This document shows positions 1-9,164 of a DNA stretch of 64,000 nt, piece by piece. The notes below the pieces were generated by a model. That model was not told the origin of the DNA. It saw nothing but the letters and a program-made list of their open reading frames with translations, and searched no databases. Numbering within the stretch: position 1 is the stretch's first letter; the number at the start of each line of letters is the position of its first letter. This DNA is from Alphaproteobacteria bacterium (GTDB lineage Bacteria > Pseudomonadota > Alphaproteobacteria > GCA-2731375). The stretch covers positions 192,001 through 256,000 of the forward strand of contig CBDDBZ010000034.1 in NCBI GenBank assembly GCA_965225945.1. The letters run 5' to 3'. Both the position numbers and the translations under genes were made by a program.

Positions 1-434
1 TGATCGACGGCGGCCCCGGCCATCTCGCCGCCGCGCGCGAGACCATGGCCGACCTCGGCCTCGAGGAGATCCCGCTCGCCGCGATCGCCAAGGGCGAGGA
101 GCGGAACGCCGGGCGGGAGCGGATCTACCTGGCCGACCGCGCGCCCATCCTGCCGCGGGAGCGCAGCCCGGTGCTCTACTATCTGCAGCGGCTCCGCGAC
201 GAGGCCCACCGCTTCGCCATCGGCACCCACCGGGCGCGGCGCGGCAAGGCCATGGTACGCTCGGCGCTGGACGAGATCGCCGGCGTCGGGCCCCGGCGCA
301 AGCGGGCGCTGTTGAACCATTTCGGTTCCTCCCGCGCGGTGGCGGCGGCGGCGCTCTCGGACCTGGAGACGGTAGCCGGCGTGAGCGGCACGGTGGCACG
401 GCGGATTTACGATTTTTTTCACCCCGATGCGTAG
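1..434 (+). CDS. uvrC: Excinuclease ABC subunit C, 3' part (truncated by window start)
   Basis: IDGGPGHL...IAKG...LQRLRDEAHRFAI and C-terminal HhH (LDEIAGVGPRRKRALL); followed by pgsA as usual. Confidence 0.95.
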   Translation, partial: IDGGPGHLAAARETMADLGLEEIPLAAIAKGEERNAGRERIYLADRAPILPRERSPVLYYLQRLRDEAHRFAIGTHRARRGKAMVRSALDEIAGVGPRRKRALLNHFGSSRAVAAAALSDLETVAGVSGTVARRIYDFFHPDA

Positions 435-524
435 CGCCACGCAGCCTCACGCCCCTCGGCGGTTTAGCGCGTGTCGCGCGGACCGCGCGATGTTATATTT
501 CATCGACTCGATATCGGCCGGATC

Positions 525-1139
525 ATGATCACCAGCCTGCCAAACCTGCTGACGCTGTCGCGAATTGTGGCGATTCCGACGATGCTCGGCGCCTTTCTGC
601 TCGAGCCGCCGCTGGCCAACTGGATCGTGCTGGCGATCTTCGTCGCCGCCGCGTTGACCGATTGGCTCGACGGTTATATGGCGCGGGCTCGCGACGAAGT
701 GAGCGGCCTCGGCCGCTTCCTCGACCCGGTCGCCGACAAGCTGCTGGTCGCCGCCACGCTGATGATGCTGGTCTACGTCGATCAGATCCGCGGCCTCACG
801 ATCCTGCCGGCGCTGGTCATCCTCTGCCGCGAGATCATGGTCTCGGGACTGCGCGAGTTTCTGGCCGAGATCAGCGTCAGGGTGCCGGTCAGCCGCCTCG
901 CCAAGTGGAAGACCATGGTGCAGATGGTGGCGATCGGCTTCCTGATCGTCGGTGACGCCGGTTGGGAGGTCCTGCCGGTGATGTCGATCGGCGTCATCGG
1001 TCTGTGGGTCGCGGCCATCGTGACGATCCATACCGGCTACGACTATCTGAAGGCGGGACTCGCGCACATGACCGCCGAGACGTCGGAAAAGCCGTCCGAG
1101 ACTCGCGCCGCGTCCGAACGCACGAGGCGGGTGTCGTGA
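525..1139 (+). CDS. pgsA: CDP-diacylglycerol--glycerol-3-phosphate 3-phosphatidyltransferase
   Basis: LPNLLTLSRI and DWLDGYMAR...GRFLDPVADKL CDP-alcohol phosphotransferase motif; start placed at ATG 525. Confidence 0.93.
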   Translation: MITSLPNLLTLSRIVAIPTMLGAFLLEPPLANWIVLAIFVAAALTDWLDGYMARARDEVSGLGRFLDPVADKLLVAATLMMLVYVDQIRGLTILPALVILCREIMVSGLREFLAEISVRVPVSRLAKWKTMVQMVAIGFLIVGDAGWEVLPVMSIGVIGLWVAAIVTIHTGYDYLKAGLAHMTAETSEKPSETRAASERTRRVS

Positions 1140-1645
1140 AGGTGCTCGGCATCGCCGGTTGGAGCGGCGCCGGCAAGACCACGCTGGTGGTCCGCCTGCT
1201 GCCGGCGTTGGCCGCGCGGGGACTGGTCGTCTCCACCGTGAAGCACGCCCATCACGACTTCGATATCGACCAGCCGGGCAAGGATTCCCACCGTCACCGC
1301 GAGGCCGGCGCGGCCGAGGTGCTGGTCTCCTCGGCTCGGCGCATGGCGCTCATGCGCGAACACGGGAACGCGCCGGAGCCGACCTTGGAGGAGCTGCTGG
1401 AGCGCCTCGCGCCGGTCGATCTCGCCCTGGTCGAAGGCTTCAAGCACGGCGACCACGACAAGCTGGAGGTGCATCGCCCGGCCCTCGGCGAACCGCTGCT
1501 GGCGCGGGACGATGTCTCGGTCGTCGCGGTGGTTTCGGACGCGGCCGTCCCCGGGCTCGCCGTGCCGTGCCTCGCGCTCGACGATGTGGACGCGATCGCC
1601 GACTTCGTGCTCGCCCGCTACTGGCCCGAAAGCCGGGTGGCATGA
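1136..1645 (+). CDS. mobB: Molybdopterin-guanine dinucleotide biosynthesis protein B
   Basis: GWSGAGKTT P-loop, VKHAHHDFDIDQPGKDS, VEGFK; GTG start overlaps pgsA TGA. Confidence 0.92.
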   Translation: MKVLGIAGWSGAGKTTLVVRLLPALAARGLVVSTVKHAHHDFDIDQPGKDSHRHREAGAAEVLVSSARRMALMREHGNAPEPTLEELLERLAPVDLALVEGFKHGDHDKLEVHRPALGEPLLARDDVSVVAVVSDAAVPGLAVPCLALDDVDAIADFVLARYWPESRVA

Positions 1646-2898
1646 CCCAGCTCAGCGACGATTGCTTCGCCTTCGGCGGCAAGCTGATGCCCCTCGCCGA
1701 GGCCCTGGAGATCCTCGAATCGCGGGTCGAGGCGGTGGCCGAGGTGGAGACGGTATCGCTCGGCCAGTCGCTCGGCCGGGTTCTGGCGGCGGACGTGGCG
1801 GCCGCCGTCGCCTCGCCGCCACACGACAACGTCGCGGTCGACGGCTACGCGCTCCGCTTCGCCGACCTGGCGGCAGACGGCGAGACGCGGCTCCGGCTCG
1901 CTGGGCGCGCCGCCGCCGGCCATCCCGTCACCGGCCGGCTCGATCCGGGCACCGCCGTCCGCGTCTTCACCGGCGCGGTGTTGCCGAACGGCGCCGACAC
2001 CGTGGTGATGCAGGAGGACGTGCGGCGGGAAGGCGAGGCCGTGATCGTGCCGGCGGGTCTGAAGCCGGGGGCCAATCGGCGCCTCACCGGCGAGGACGTC
2101 GAGCGGGACGCCATCGCGCTCGAACACGGCCGCCGTCTGCGCCCGCAGGAAATCGCCCTGGCGGCGGCGATCGGTCGGGACCGGCTGCCGGTTCACCGCC
2201 GGCTCCGCGTCGGCGTCTTCTCGACCGGCGACGAGATCCGGGAGCCGGGAACGGCGCTGCCGGCGGGCGCGGTTTACGACGCCAACCGACACATGGTGAT
2301 GGCGCTGGCGGCGCAACTGCCGGTCGAGGTCGAGGATCTGGGTATCCTCGCCGACGACCGGGTGTTGCTCACCCGACGCCTCGCCGAGGCGGCGGCGGGG
2401 CTCGACGTGCTGATCACCTCGGGCGGGATTTCGACCGGCGAGGAGGACCATGTCCGCGCCGCCGTCGAGGCCTCGGGCGCGCTCCACTTCTGGCGCATCG
2501 CTATCAAGCCGGGTCGGCCGCTGGCGTTGGGCACCCTCGCCGGGGCTGCCTTCGTCGGCCTTCCCGGCAATCCGGTCGCGGCGATGGTCTGTTTCCTGCG
2601 CTTCGCCCGCCCGTTGATCCTGAAGCTCGCCGGCGTTGCCGATCTGGCGCCGGTGATGTTCCGCGTCGCCATCGATTTCGAGCACCGCAAGAAGGCCGAC
2701 CGCCGGGAATGGGTTCGCGCCCACCTGACCCGGGGCGAGGACGGCGCGCCGCGCGCGGCCAAGTTCGCCCGCCAAGGCTCCGGCATCATTTCCTCCCTCG
2801 TCGGCTCCGACGGGCTGGTGGAAATCTCCGAGGAGGTGACCCACCTCCGCAAGGGTGCGATGGTCGATTTCCTGCCCTTCGCGGAGGTGATGCGTTGA
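1642..2898 (+). CDS. moeA: Molybdopterin molybdotransferase (gephyrin-like)
   Basis: AVDGYA, VFTGA...GADTVVMQE, STGDE, TSGGIS, KPGRP, GLPGNP motifs; ATGA overlap with mobB. Confidence 0.93.
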   Translation: MTQLSDDCFAFGGKLMPLAEALEILESRVEAVAEVETVSLGQSLGRVLAADVAAAVASPPHDNVAVDGYALRFADLAADGETRLRLAGRAAAGHPVTGRLDPGTAVRVFTGAVLPNGADTVVMQEDVRREGEAVIVPAGLKPGANRRLTGEDVERDAIALEHGRRLRPQEIALAAAIGRDRLPVHRRLRVGVFSTGDEIREPGTALPAGAVYDANRHMVMALAAQLPVEVEDLGILADDRVLLTRRLAEAAAGLDVLITSGGISTGEEDHVRAAVEASGALHFWRIAIKPGRPLALGTLAGAAFVGLPGNPVAAMVCFLRFARPLILKLAGVADLAPVMFRVAIDFEHRKKADRREWVRAHLTRGEDGAPRAAKFARQGSGIISSLVGSDGLVEISEEVTHLRKGAMVDFLPFAEVMR

Positions 2899-3146
2899 AA
2901 GTGCTCTATTTCGCCTGGCTTCGGGAACGGGTCGGCGCCGCCGAGGAAACGGTGACGCCGCCCGACGAGGTGGAGACGGTGGCCGATCTCGTCGAATGGC
3001 TGAAGCGGCGCTCGGGCGGCCACGCGGAGGCGCTGGGCGACCCGCGCGTGATCCGCTGCGCCGTCGACCAGGACCATGCGCAATTCGCCGACAGCGTCCG
3101 GGGTGCCGGCGAAGTCGCCTTCTTTCCCCCGGTGACGGGGGGTTGA
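2895..3146 (+). CDS. moaD: Molybdopterin synthase sulfur carrier subunit
   Basis: KVLYFAWLRE...EVAFFPPVTGG with C-terminal GG; TTG start overlaps moeA stop. Confidence 0.92.
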   Translation: MKVLYFAWLRERVGAAEETVTPPDEVETVADLVEWLKRRSGGHAEALGDPRVIRCAVDQDHAQFADSVRGAGEVAFFPPVTGG

Positions 3147-3147
3147 G

Positions 3148-3612
3148 GTGATCATTCGGGTCCAGGAAGCGGACTTCGACGTCGGTCTCGAACTGGCGGC
3201 GATGACCCGCGGCCGGCATGGGGTCGGTGGCCTCGCCTCCTTCGTCGGCCTGGTCCGCGACAGCGCCGAGGGCAGCGCGGTCTCGGCCATGACGCTCGAG
3301 CACTACCCCGGCATGACCGAGCGCGAGTTGGGCCGAATCGCCGAGGAGGCCAAGACGCGCTGGGCGCTCGACGACGTCCTGATCATCCATCGCCACGGCC
3401 GGCTGGAGCCGGGCGAGCGGATCGTCCTCTGCGCCGCCAGCGCCGCCCACCGCCAGGCCGCGTTCGAGGCCTGCATGTTCCTGGTCGACTGGCTGAAAAC
3501 CAAGGCGCCCTTCTGGAAACTGGAGGCGAGCGGTGGCGACGCGCGCTGGCTCAAGGGGCGGGAGAGCGACGACGCGGCCGCCAGGCGCTGGCAACCGGCC
3601 GAGGGCGGCTGA
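3148..3612 (+). CDS. moaE: Molybdopterin synthase catalytic subunit
   Basis: SFVGLVR, LEHYPGMTE, HRHGRL, HRQAAF, LKTKAPFWKLE. Confidence 0.93.
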   Translation: MIIRVQEADFDVGLELAAMTRGRHGVGGLASFVGLVRDSAEGSAVSAMTLEHYPGMTERELGRIAEEAKTRWALDDVLIIHRHGRLEPGERIVLCAASAAHRQAAFEACMFLVDWLKTKAPFWKLEASGGDARWLKGRESDDAAARRWQPAEGG

Positions 3613-3655
3613 ACGGCCATTCATTCGAGGTCACGGTTCGCGAGGGGGGAGGGCG

Positions 3656-4447
3656 ATGGCTCGTGCGGCGTTCGATCTGACGGGGAAGGTGGCCTTGATC
3701 ACCGGCGGCAACGGCGGCATCGGCCTGGCCATGGCCGAGGCGATCGCGCGGGCCGGCGGCGACGTCTGCGTCTGGGGCACCAACGCGGAGAAGAACGCCG
3801 CCGCCGAGGCGGCCTTGGCGGCGCACGGCACCAAGGTCGCGGCGCTTCGTTGCGACGTTTCGGACGAGGCCCAGGTCGAGGCCCGCTTCGCCGAGACGCT
3901 TGCGCGCTTCGGCCGGGTCGACGGCTGCTTCGCCAACGCAGGTGTCAGCGGCCGGGCCGGCATCAGCACCGGGCGCGCGCCGGCCTTCCACGAGATGGCG
4001 ACCGACGACTGGCGCCGGGTGCTTGGCGTCAACCTGGACGGCACCTTCTTCACCTTCCGCGCCGCCAGCCGGCACATGGTGGAACGCGGCGACGGCGGCC
4101 GCTTGGTCGGCACCGCCAGTTTGGCTGCGATTTCCGGCCAGGCCCGGGGCCAGCACTACGCCGCGACCAAGGGGGCGATGGTGGCGATGGTCTATGCGCT
4201 GGCGGTTGAGCTCGCGCGCCATGGCGTGACCGCCAACGTGATCCTGCCCGGCTGGATCGAGACCTCGATGACCGAGCGAACCTTCGCCTGGGACAAGTTC
4301 TCGGCCGCCGTGATGCCGCGCATCCCCGCGCGGCGCTGGGGCCGAGGAGACGACTTCGCCGGCATCGCGGTCTATCTGATGTCGGACGCCAGCGCCTATC
4401 ATTCGGGCGACACCTTCATCATCGACGGCGGCTACTTCCGCTTCTGA
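3656..4447 (+). CDS. Short-chain dehydrogenase/reductase (KduD/Gno-like)
   Basis: TGGNGGIG, ANAG, YAATK motifs; start at ATG 3656 after a purine-rich RBS. Confidence 0.88.
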   Translation: MARAAFDLTGKVALITGGNGGIGLAMAEAIARAGGDVCVWGTNAEKNAAAEAALAAHGTKVAALRCDVSDEAQVEARFAETLARFGRVDGCFANAGVSGRAGISTGRAPAFHEMATDDWRRVLGVNLDGTFFTFRAASRHMVERGDGGRLVGTASLAAISGQARGQHYAATKGAMVAMVYALAVELARHGVTANVILPGWIETSMTERTFAWDKFSAAVMPRIPARRWGRGDDFAGIAVYLMSDASAYHSGDTFIIDGGYFRF

Positions 4448-4473
4448 GGCCGCGAGCCGAGGAAAGGGGCGCC

Positions 4474-5475
4474 ATGCGACCGGTCCGCTGGGGTATCATT
4501 TCGACCGCGATGATCGCCCGCGAACGCATGATTCCGGCGATGCACGGGAACCCCCATTGCGAGATCGTCGCGGTTGCGAGCCGAGACGGCGAGCGCGCCC
4601 GCGCCTTCGCCGCGGCGCACGGCATTCCGCGCCACCACGCCTCCTACGAGGCGCTGCTGGCGGACGGCCGAGTCGAGGCGGTCTACATCCCGCTGCCGAA
4701 CCACCTGCATCTGAAATGGACCCGGCGCGCCGCCGAGGCGGGCAAGCACGTGCTGTGCGAAAAGCCGCTCACCATCACCGTCGCCGAGGCCGAGGAGATG
4801 ATCCGCGTCCGCGACGCCACCGGCGTCGTGATCGAGGAGGCTTTCATGTGCCGCGACCACCCGCAATGGCACGAGACCCGGCGCCTGCTGGCCGAGGGCC
4901 GGATCGGCGCGCCCCGCGCCCTGCAGGCCTGCTTCACCTACATGAACCGCGATGCGGACGACATTCGCAACGATCCCAGAAGCGGTGGCGGGGGCTTGCG
5001 CGACATCGGCAGCTACCTCATCGCCATGGCCAGACTGGTGTTCGGCGCGGAGCCGAGGCGGGTGATGGCGGCGCTGGAACACGACCCGGCGTTCGCCACC
5101 GACCGTCTGGCGGCGATGATCCTGGAGTTTCCGAACGGCCTCGCCACTCTCTTCTGCGCCACCCAGGTACAGCGTTATGAGCGGCTGCACATCTTCGGCG
5201 AGGCGGGCTGGATGGCGCTCGAGGCGCCCTACGTCCAGCCGCCCGACCACGTCTGCCGAATCTTGATCGGCCAGGGCCCCTACCCTTCGATCGAGCCGAC
5301 CGAGGTGATCGAAATCCCGCCGGCCAACCACTATGCGCTGATGGCGGAGCGTTTCGGCCGACTGGTCCGGGGCGAAGACGTGCCCCACTGGCCGCTGGAG
5401 ACGGCGCGCGACAACATGGCGGTGATCGAGGCGCTGCTCCGCTCCGCCGCCGAGGACCGCTGGGTGGCGCTCTGA
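4474..5475 (+). CDS. Gfo/Idh/MocA family oxidoreductase
   Basis: WGIISTAMIA, YIPLPNHLH, GKHVLCEKP, GGGGLRDIGSY. Confidence 0.9.
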   Translation: MRPVRWGIISTAMIARERMIPAMHGNPHCEIVAVASRDGERARAFAAAHGIPRHHASYEALLADGRVEAVYIPLPNHLHLKWTRRAAEAGKHVLCEKPLTITVAEAEEMIRVRDATGVVIEEAFMCRDHPQWHETRRLLAEGRIGAPRALQACFTYMNRDADDIRNDPRSGGGGLRDIGSYLIAMARLVFGAEPRRVMAALEHDPAFATDRLAAMILEFPNGLATLFCATQVQRYERLHIFGEAGWMALEAPYVQPPDHVCRILIGQGPYPSIEPTEVIEIPPANHYALMAERFGRLVRGEDVPHWPLETARDNMAVIEALLRSAAEDRWVAL

Positions 5476-5559
5476 AGCGGTGGCGTGGCGCGCCCGATTT
5501 TCATGGCCTGGCCGGCGCCCGATCACCATGTGCGGTCGAGCGAGGCATCAGGCGCCAAA

Positions 5560-5588
5560 TTGCCACCAAACGCCCAGATGGCTACGCT
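5560..5588 (+). promoter_or_regulatory. Putative sigma70 promoter of the TauD-like gene
   Basis: TTGCCA-N17-TACGCT about 50 bp upstream of the start codon. Confidence 0.4.
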
Positions 5589-5641
5589 GATGCTCTGAAC
5601 CCATCCTACCTGGGGAGTGTCGGGTAGAGGAGCGCTATCCA

Positions 5642-6496
5642 ATGCCGCAAATCCGGCCCCTGGGCCTGCACACCGGCGGCGAGATCACTGACGTCGACGT
5701 GAAGCGACTCGACGAGGAAAGCTTCGCGCCGATCTACCAGGCCTGGCTGAAATACGGCGTCGTCGTGGTGCGCGATCAACAGCTCGAGATCGAGGATTTT
5801 CTTCGCTACAGCCGGCGCTTCGGCCGCGTCGTCCCGCATCCCTCCAAGTCCACCCGGCATCCCGACCATCCGGAGATCACCTTGCTGGGCACCGACAAAT
5901 TCGCTCCCGACGGCACGCTGAACGAAGCGATCTACCGACGCGGCGCCGCGGGCTGGCACACCGATGGCGCCTATGACGAGGTGCCGTTCAAGGCCACGCA
6001 GCTCTACGCGCTTGCGGTGCCGAGCAGCGGCGGCAATACGCACTTCGCCAACATGTACCTGGCCCATGACGCCCTGCCGGACCGCCTGAGGCAGCTCCTG
6101 GAGGGACGCGACGGCGCCTTCACCTACGGCGGCCGCGAGGGCTCGAAGTCGCTGCTGAACGAGGAGGACCGCGACCGGCCGCCGGCGTTCCACCCGATCA
6201 TCCGGGTTCACTCGGAAACCGGACGAAAGTCGCTGTATTTCGATCCCGGCAAGATCCTCCACATCGTTGGCCTCGAGCAGCGGCAGAGCGACGACGTGAT
6301 CGAGGAACTCAGCGCGAGGATGATCCAGCCGGAGGGCGAATATAGCCATGCGTGGCGGGTCGGCGACATCGTGATCTGGGACAACCGCTGCATGGTGCAC
6401 AAGGCGGCCGGCGACTATCCCCCGGAGCAAGACCGCATCCACTGGCGCGCCTCGATCAAGGAACCGACGCCCGAGAGCCGCGCGGCGGCGGAGTGA
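5642..6496 (+). CDS. TauD/TfdA family 2-oxoglutarate-dependent dioxygenase
   Basis: WHTDG (HxD), HPIIRVH, WRVGDIVIWDNRCMVH. Confidence 0.9.
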   Translation: MPQIRPLGLHTGGEITDVDVKRLDEESFAPIYQAWLKYGVVVVRDQQLEIEDFLRYSRRFGRVVPHPSKSTRHPDHPEITLLGTDKFAPDGTLNEAIYRRGAAGWHTDGAYDEVPFKATQLYALAVPSSGGNTHFANMYLAHDALPDRLRQLLEGRDGAFTYGGREGSKSLLNEEDRDRPPAFHPIIRVHSETGRKSLYFDPGKILHIVGLEQRQSDDVIEELSARMIQPEGEYSHAWRVGDIVIWDNRCMVHKAAGDYPPEQDRIHWRASIKEPTPESRAAAE

Positions 6497-6838
6497 AGCG
6501 CCGCGGCGATCGGAGTTCGCCCAGCGGAAGCCGGGCGAGACGCCGATATCGGCGGCCTCGACAGCCGTCGACTGCTTTCGCTGGTTGTTCGCGATCGTAT
6601 TTGCGGTAGCACGAGGGTACCTGGATTCATGCCCGAACCACACCCGGCTTCGGACATTATATTAGTAAGTTCTTACCGGTGATTTATGACCCTGGCTGTG
6701 TGAAAACACTGGAAACCGACGATCATACGCAACTAAAGAATCCGAATTGCGGCCGTCGCGAATCTTTCATGCGAGAATGGGGTTGGGATTGAACTGATCG
6801 TGCTGTATCGCACCCGGTTCCTTGGACACAAGTTTGTC

Positions 6839-7750
6839 TCATGCGGCGGGCCTGAGTGACATCGCGGTGTGCCACGCCTGACGAGCTTGAGCGGGGCTCA
6901 GGTAGCCGTTCTTCTCCACGATCCACTGGGCATTGTACTGTTCGACGAACCCGCGGACGGCGTTCCGCAGCTCCGCGATGTTGCGGTAGATGCGGCCATG
7001 GATGATCTGTTCCTTGAGCGTGCGATTGAACCTCTCGGCGACGCCGTTGGTCTGGGGCTGTTCGACGAAGGCGTAGGACGGCTGGATGCCCCAGAACTTG
7101 ATCTGGTTGGTGAAGTGGTCCGACAGATACTGGGAGCCGTGATCCATCCGCAAGGCCAGCCCCCGCGCCGCACCGGCGGAGGTCGAGGCATACAGCCTCG
7201 CAAGCCCCATGGAGATCGGCTGAAGGGCGGCGAAGCGGTCGCCTCGCTTGCACACATGCCAGCCGACGCACTCGGCGTTCCAATGCTCGATGGCGGTGAA
7301 TATCCAGCCCCAGCCGTCGTCCACCGTGAACACCCGAACGCCGTCCGTGCCCCACATGAGGTTGGGGGCATGGGTGATGATCTCACCGACATGGGGATTT
7401 CCGCCACGGCGGCGGCAGCGATGGGGCGAGAGCAGGTTGTTCTCGCGCATCACCCGGAGCACCCGCTTGCGGGAAACACGGATGCCACGACAGACCCGAA
7501 GCCGAGCCCAGACCTTGCGGTGTCCCTCGCCCTCCCAGGGGGATGCCTCCAGGTCGGCCTCGATGGCCACCAGCAGAGCCTCGTCCGAGATCGAGGGCTT
7601 CGGTCCCCGGCGCTTTGCTGGTGGGCGCTCAGCGGTGGCCTGCTGCCGGGATTTCATGGCGTAGAACGAGGAACGGGCAAAACCCCAGGCCGCACAGACC
7701 CGCTGGAGGCCGTAGGCCAAACCCGTGCCGGGAGAGGTGGCGGCACTCAT
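6839..7750 (-). CDS. IS3-like transposase OrfB (rve integrase core)
   Basis: WGTD...RMDHGSQY...NGVAERFNRTLK with D(35)E spacing; GHRKVWARL HTH_21-like N-terminus. Confidence 0.9.
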   Translation of the reverse strand: MSAATSPGTGLAYGLQRVCAAWGFARSSFYAMKSRQQATAERPPAKRRGPKPSISDEALLVAIEADLEASPWEGEGHRKVWARLRVCRGIRVSRKRVLRVMRENNLLSPHRCRRRGGNPHVGEIITHAPNLMWGTDGVRVFTVDDGWGWIFTAIEHWNAECVGWHVCKRGDRFAALQPISMGLARLYASTSAGAARGLALRMDHGSQYLSDHFTNQIKFWGIQPSYAFVEQPQTNGVAERFNRTLKEQIIHGRIYRNIAELRNAVRGFVEQYNAQWIVEKNGYLSPAQARQAWHTAMSLRPAA

Positions 7751-8178
7751 CGCCGCGACCTCCGCCGCCCCAAAGGGCCGGACGTCTCCGTCTTGGCCTC
7801 CAGCAGTTCCACCTGCATGATCAACTCCCCGATCCGCTTCATGGCGATGTCCAGTTCCGCCTTTACCGGATCGCCCTTGCGTTCCTTGAGCGAGGCATCG
7901 ATCCCGGCGATCGCCTTCTCACGCCACTGCTCGAGCCGGAAAATCTCCACGCCCAACTGCCGCGACAAAAGTTCCACCGGCTCGCCACGCAAAAGCCGCA
8001 GGGCAACCTCACGCTTGCGCGTCACCGTCCACCGCTGGCCAAGTCCCAGCGGGCCTGCCGGCGAAACCTGGCCCGGGGAAAACGTGGACGAGCCAAGCTC
8101 GCCCTCGTTTACCACAGGCCCATCAACAGCAACTTTGTTCTCAAAATTGTCGGTCATGTTCCGGTCCTCCTTGGACAC
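7747..8178 (-). CDS. IS OrfA, helix-turn-helix protein
   Basis: RWTVTRKREVALRLLRGE...LEQWRE HTH followed by a coiled coil; ATGA overlap with orfB; start uncertain. Confidence 0.8.
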   Translation of the reverse strand: MSKEDRNMTDNFENKVAVDGPVVNEGELGSSTFSPGQVSPAGPLGLGQRWTVTRKREVALRLLRGEPVELLSRQLGVEIFRLEQWREKAIAGIDASLKERKGDPVKAELDIAMKRIGELIMQVELLEAKTETSGPLGRRRSRR

Positions 8179-8303
8179 TTCGATTAAACCAATTCTGTGT
8201 CCAAGGAAATCGGGTCCGACTCATGAACTGATCGTGCGCCTGAATGACCCACCGAATGGTTTCCACACACCCAAGACCCTAAGCAGAAGTTTGGCCGCTG
8301 GCG

Positions 8304-9164
8304 CTAGGCCGGCGTCGCGCCAGATCCGATGATGAACTCAAGCTCAGTTTCGAAACCTGTTTCATCTTGAAACTGTCCAAGACAGTCTCTGACTTCTGCC
8401 CATGCATCAGCCTTTGCATCATCGCTCAAGTCCGCGACGACCGCACGATAGGCACCAGCGGCCTGTTGCATCATCGCCAGCGCGTCGTCGGCCGAAGACA
8501 GGCGAAGTGGCGCCAGCACCGTCGCCATCTTGATGTCGACAAAACCGCTATCGCTCAATAGTCCTTCCAGCACGCCCGGGCCGCCCAGGGCAAATAACCC
8601 AGGTTGCCCGGGCTGGGGAGGTTGCTTGCCGCCATGTCGCAGAAGGATCGCCATGGATTGAGCAAAGAAGGGATTCTTGTTCGGCGTCGTGAACACCAAT
8701 GCCGCAAATCGCGCCTCGGGCTTCAGCACACGTTGAACAGCCGACAGCGCGTTCTGCGGTGAGGCGAAGAGCATGAGACCCAATCGGCTGATCGAAGCAT
8801 CAAATGGCAGCTCTGCGCCGGTAAATTCTTCAGCAGCGCTGCGGAGTGTTTCGACATTGTTCAAGCCGGCCCGTTCAGCGTTCTCACGCACGTGTTTCAG
8901 CATTTCACCGGAGATATCGCAGGCAACCACGCGACCGCTTTCACCGACGCGTTTGGCCGCTTGAAGCGTCTGACTACCGGCACCGCACGCAAGATCGAGA
9001 ACATGCATCCCCGACGCCACGCCGGCCAAGTCGAGCATGGCCCCCGTCACATCGACCAAGTTTCTCGAAAACGCTTCTTCCCACTTTGCCCAACCCGACG
9101 CGGCCGATTCCCAGGTTGCGCGAAGCTCGGACGTGGAAACTTGATCGCTCACCACTGCCTCCAA
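8304..9164 (-). CDS. Class I SAM-dependent methyltransferase
   Basis: VLDLACGAG motif I, VVACDIS, FDASISR, LKPEARF; visibly lower GC than neighbours. Confidence 0.87.
   Translation of the reverse strand: MEAVVSDQVSTSELRATWESAASGWAKWEEAFSRNLVDVTGAMLDLAGVASGMHVLDLACGAGSQTLQAAKRVGESGRVVACDISGEMLKHVRENAERAGLNNVETLRSAAEEFTGAELPFDASISRLGLMLFASPQNALSAVQRVLKPEARFAALVFTTPNKNPFFAQSMAILLRHGGKQPPQPGQPGLFALGGPGVLEGLLSDSGFVDIKMATVLAPLRLSSADDALAMMQQAAGAYRAVVADLSDDAKADAWAEVRDCLGQFQDETGFETELEFIIGSGATPA

Larger units (their letters stand above)
6804..8223 (-). mobile_element. IS3-like insertion sequence, 1420 bp, with 14-bp flanking direct repeat
   Basis: Ends TGTATCGCACCCGGTTCCTTGGACACA and (rc) TGAGTCGGACCCGATTTCCTTGGACACA; TGAACTGATCGTGC at 6790-6803 and 8224-8237; orfA plus orfB. 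Confidence 0.88.
6694..8274. mobile_element. Putative MITE (about 145 bp once the nested IS is removed), possibly IS1182-like ends
   Basis: Imperfect TIRs GGCTGTGTGAAAAC (6694-6707) and GTTTCCACACACCC (8259-8272), 12/14 match; GACCCT repeated at 6688-6693 and 8275-8280; family from recalled end similarity only. Confidence 0.55.

Noticed and set aside
8275-8303. attC-like site making the methyltransferase an integron cassette
   Set aside because: No properly paired RYYYAAC/GTTRRRY boxes, no integrase and no array.
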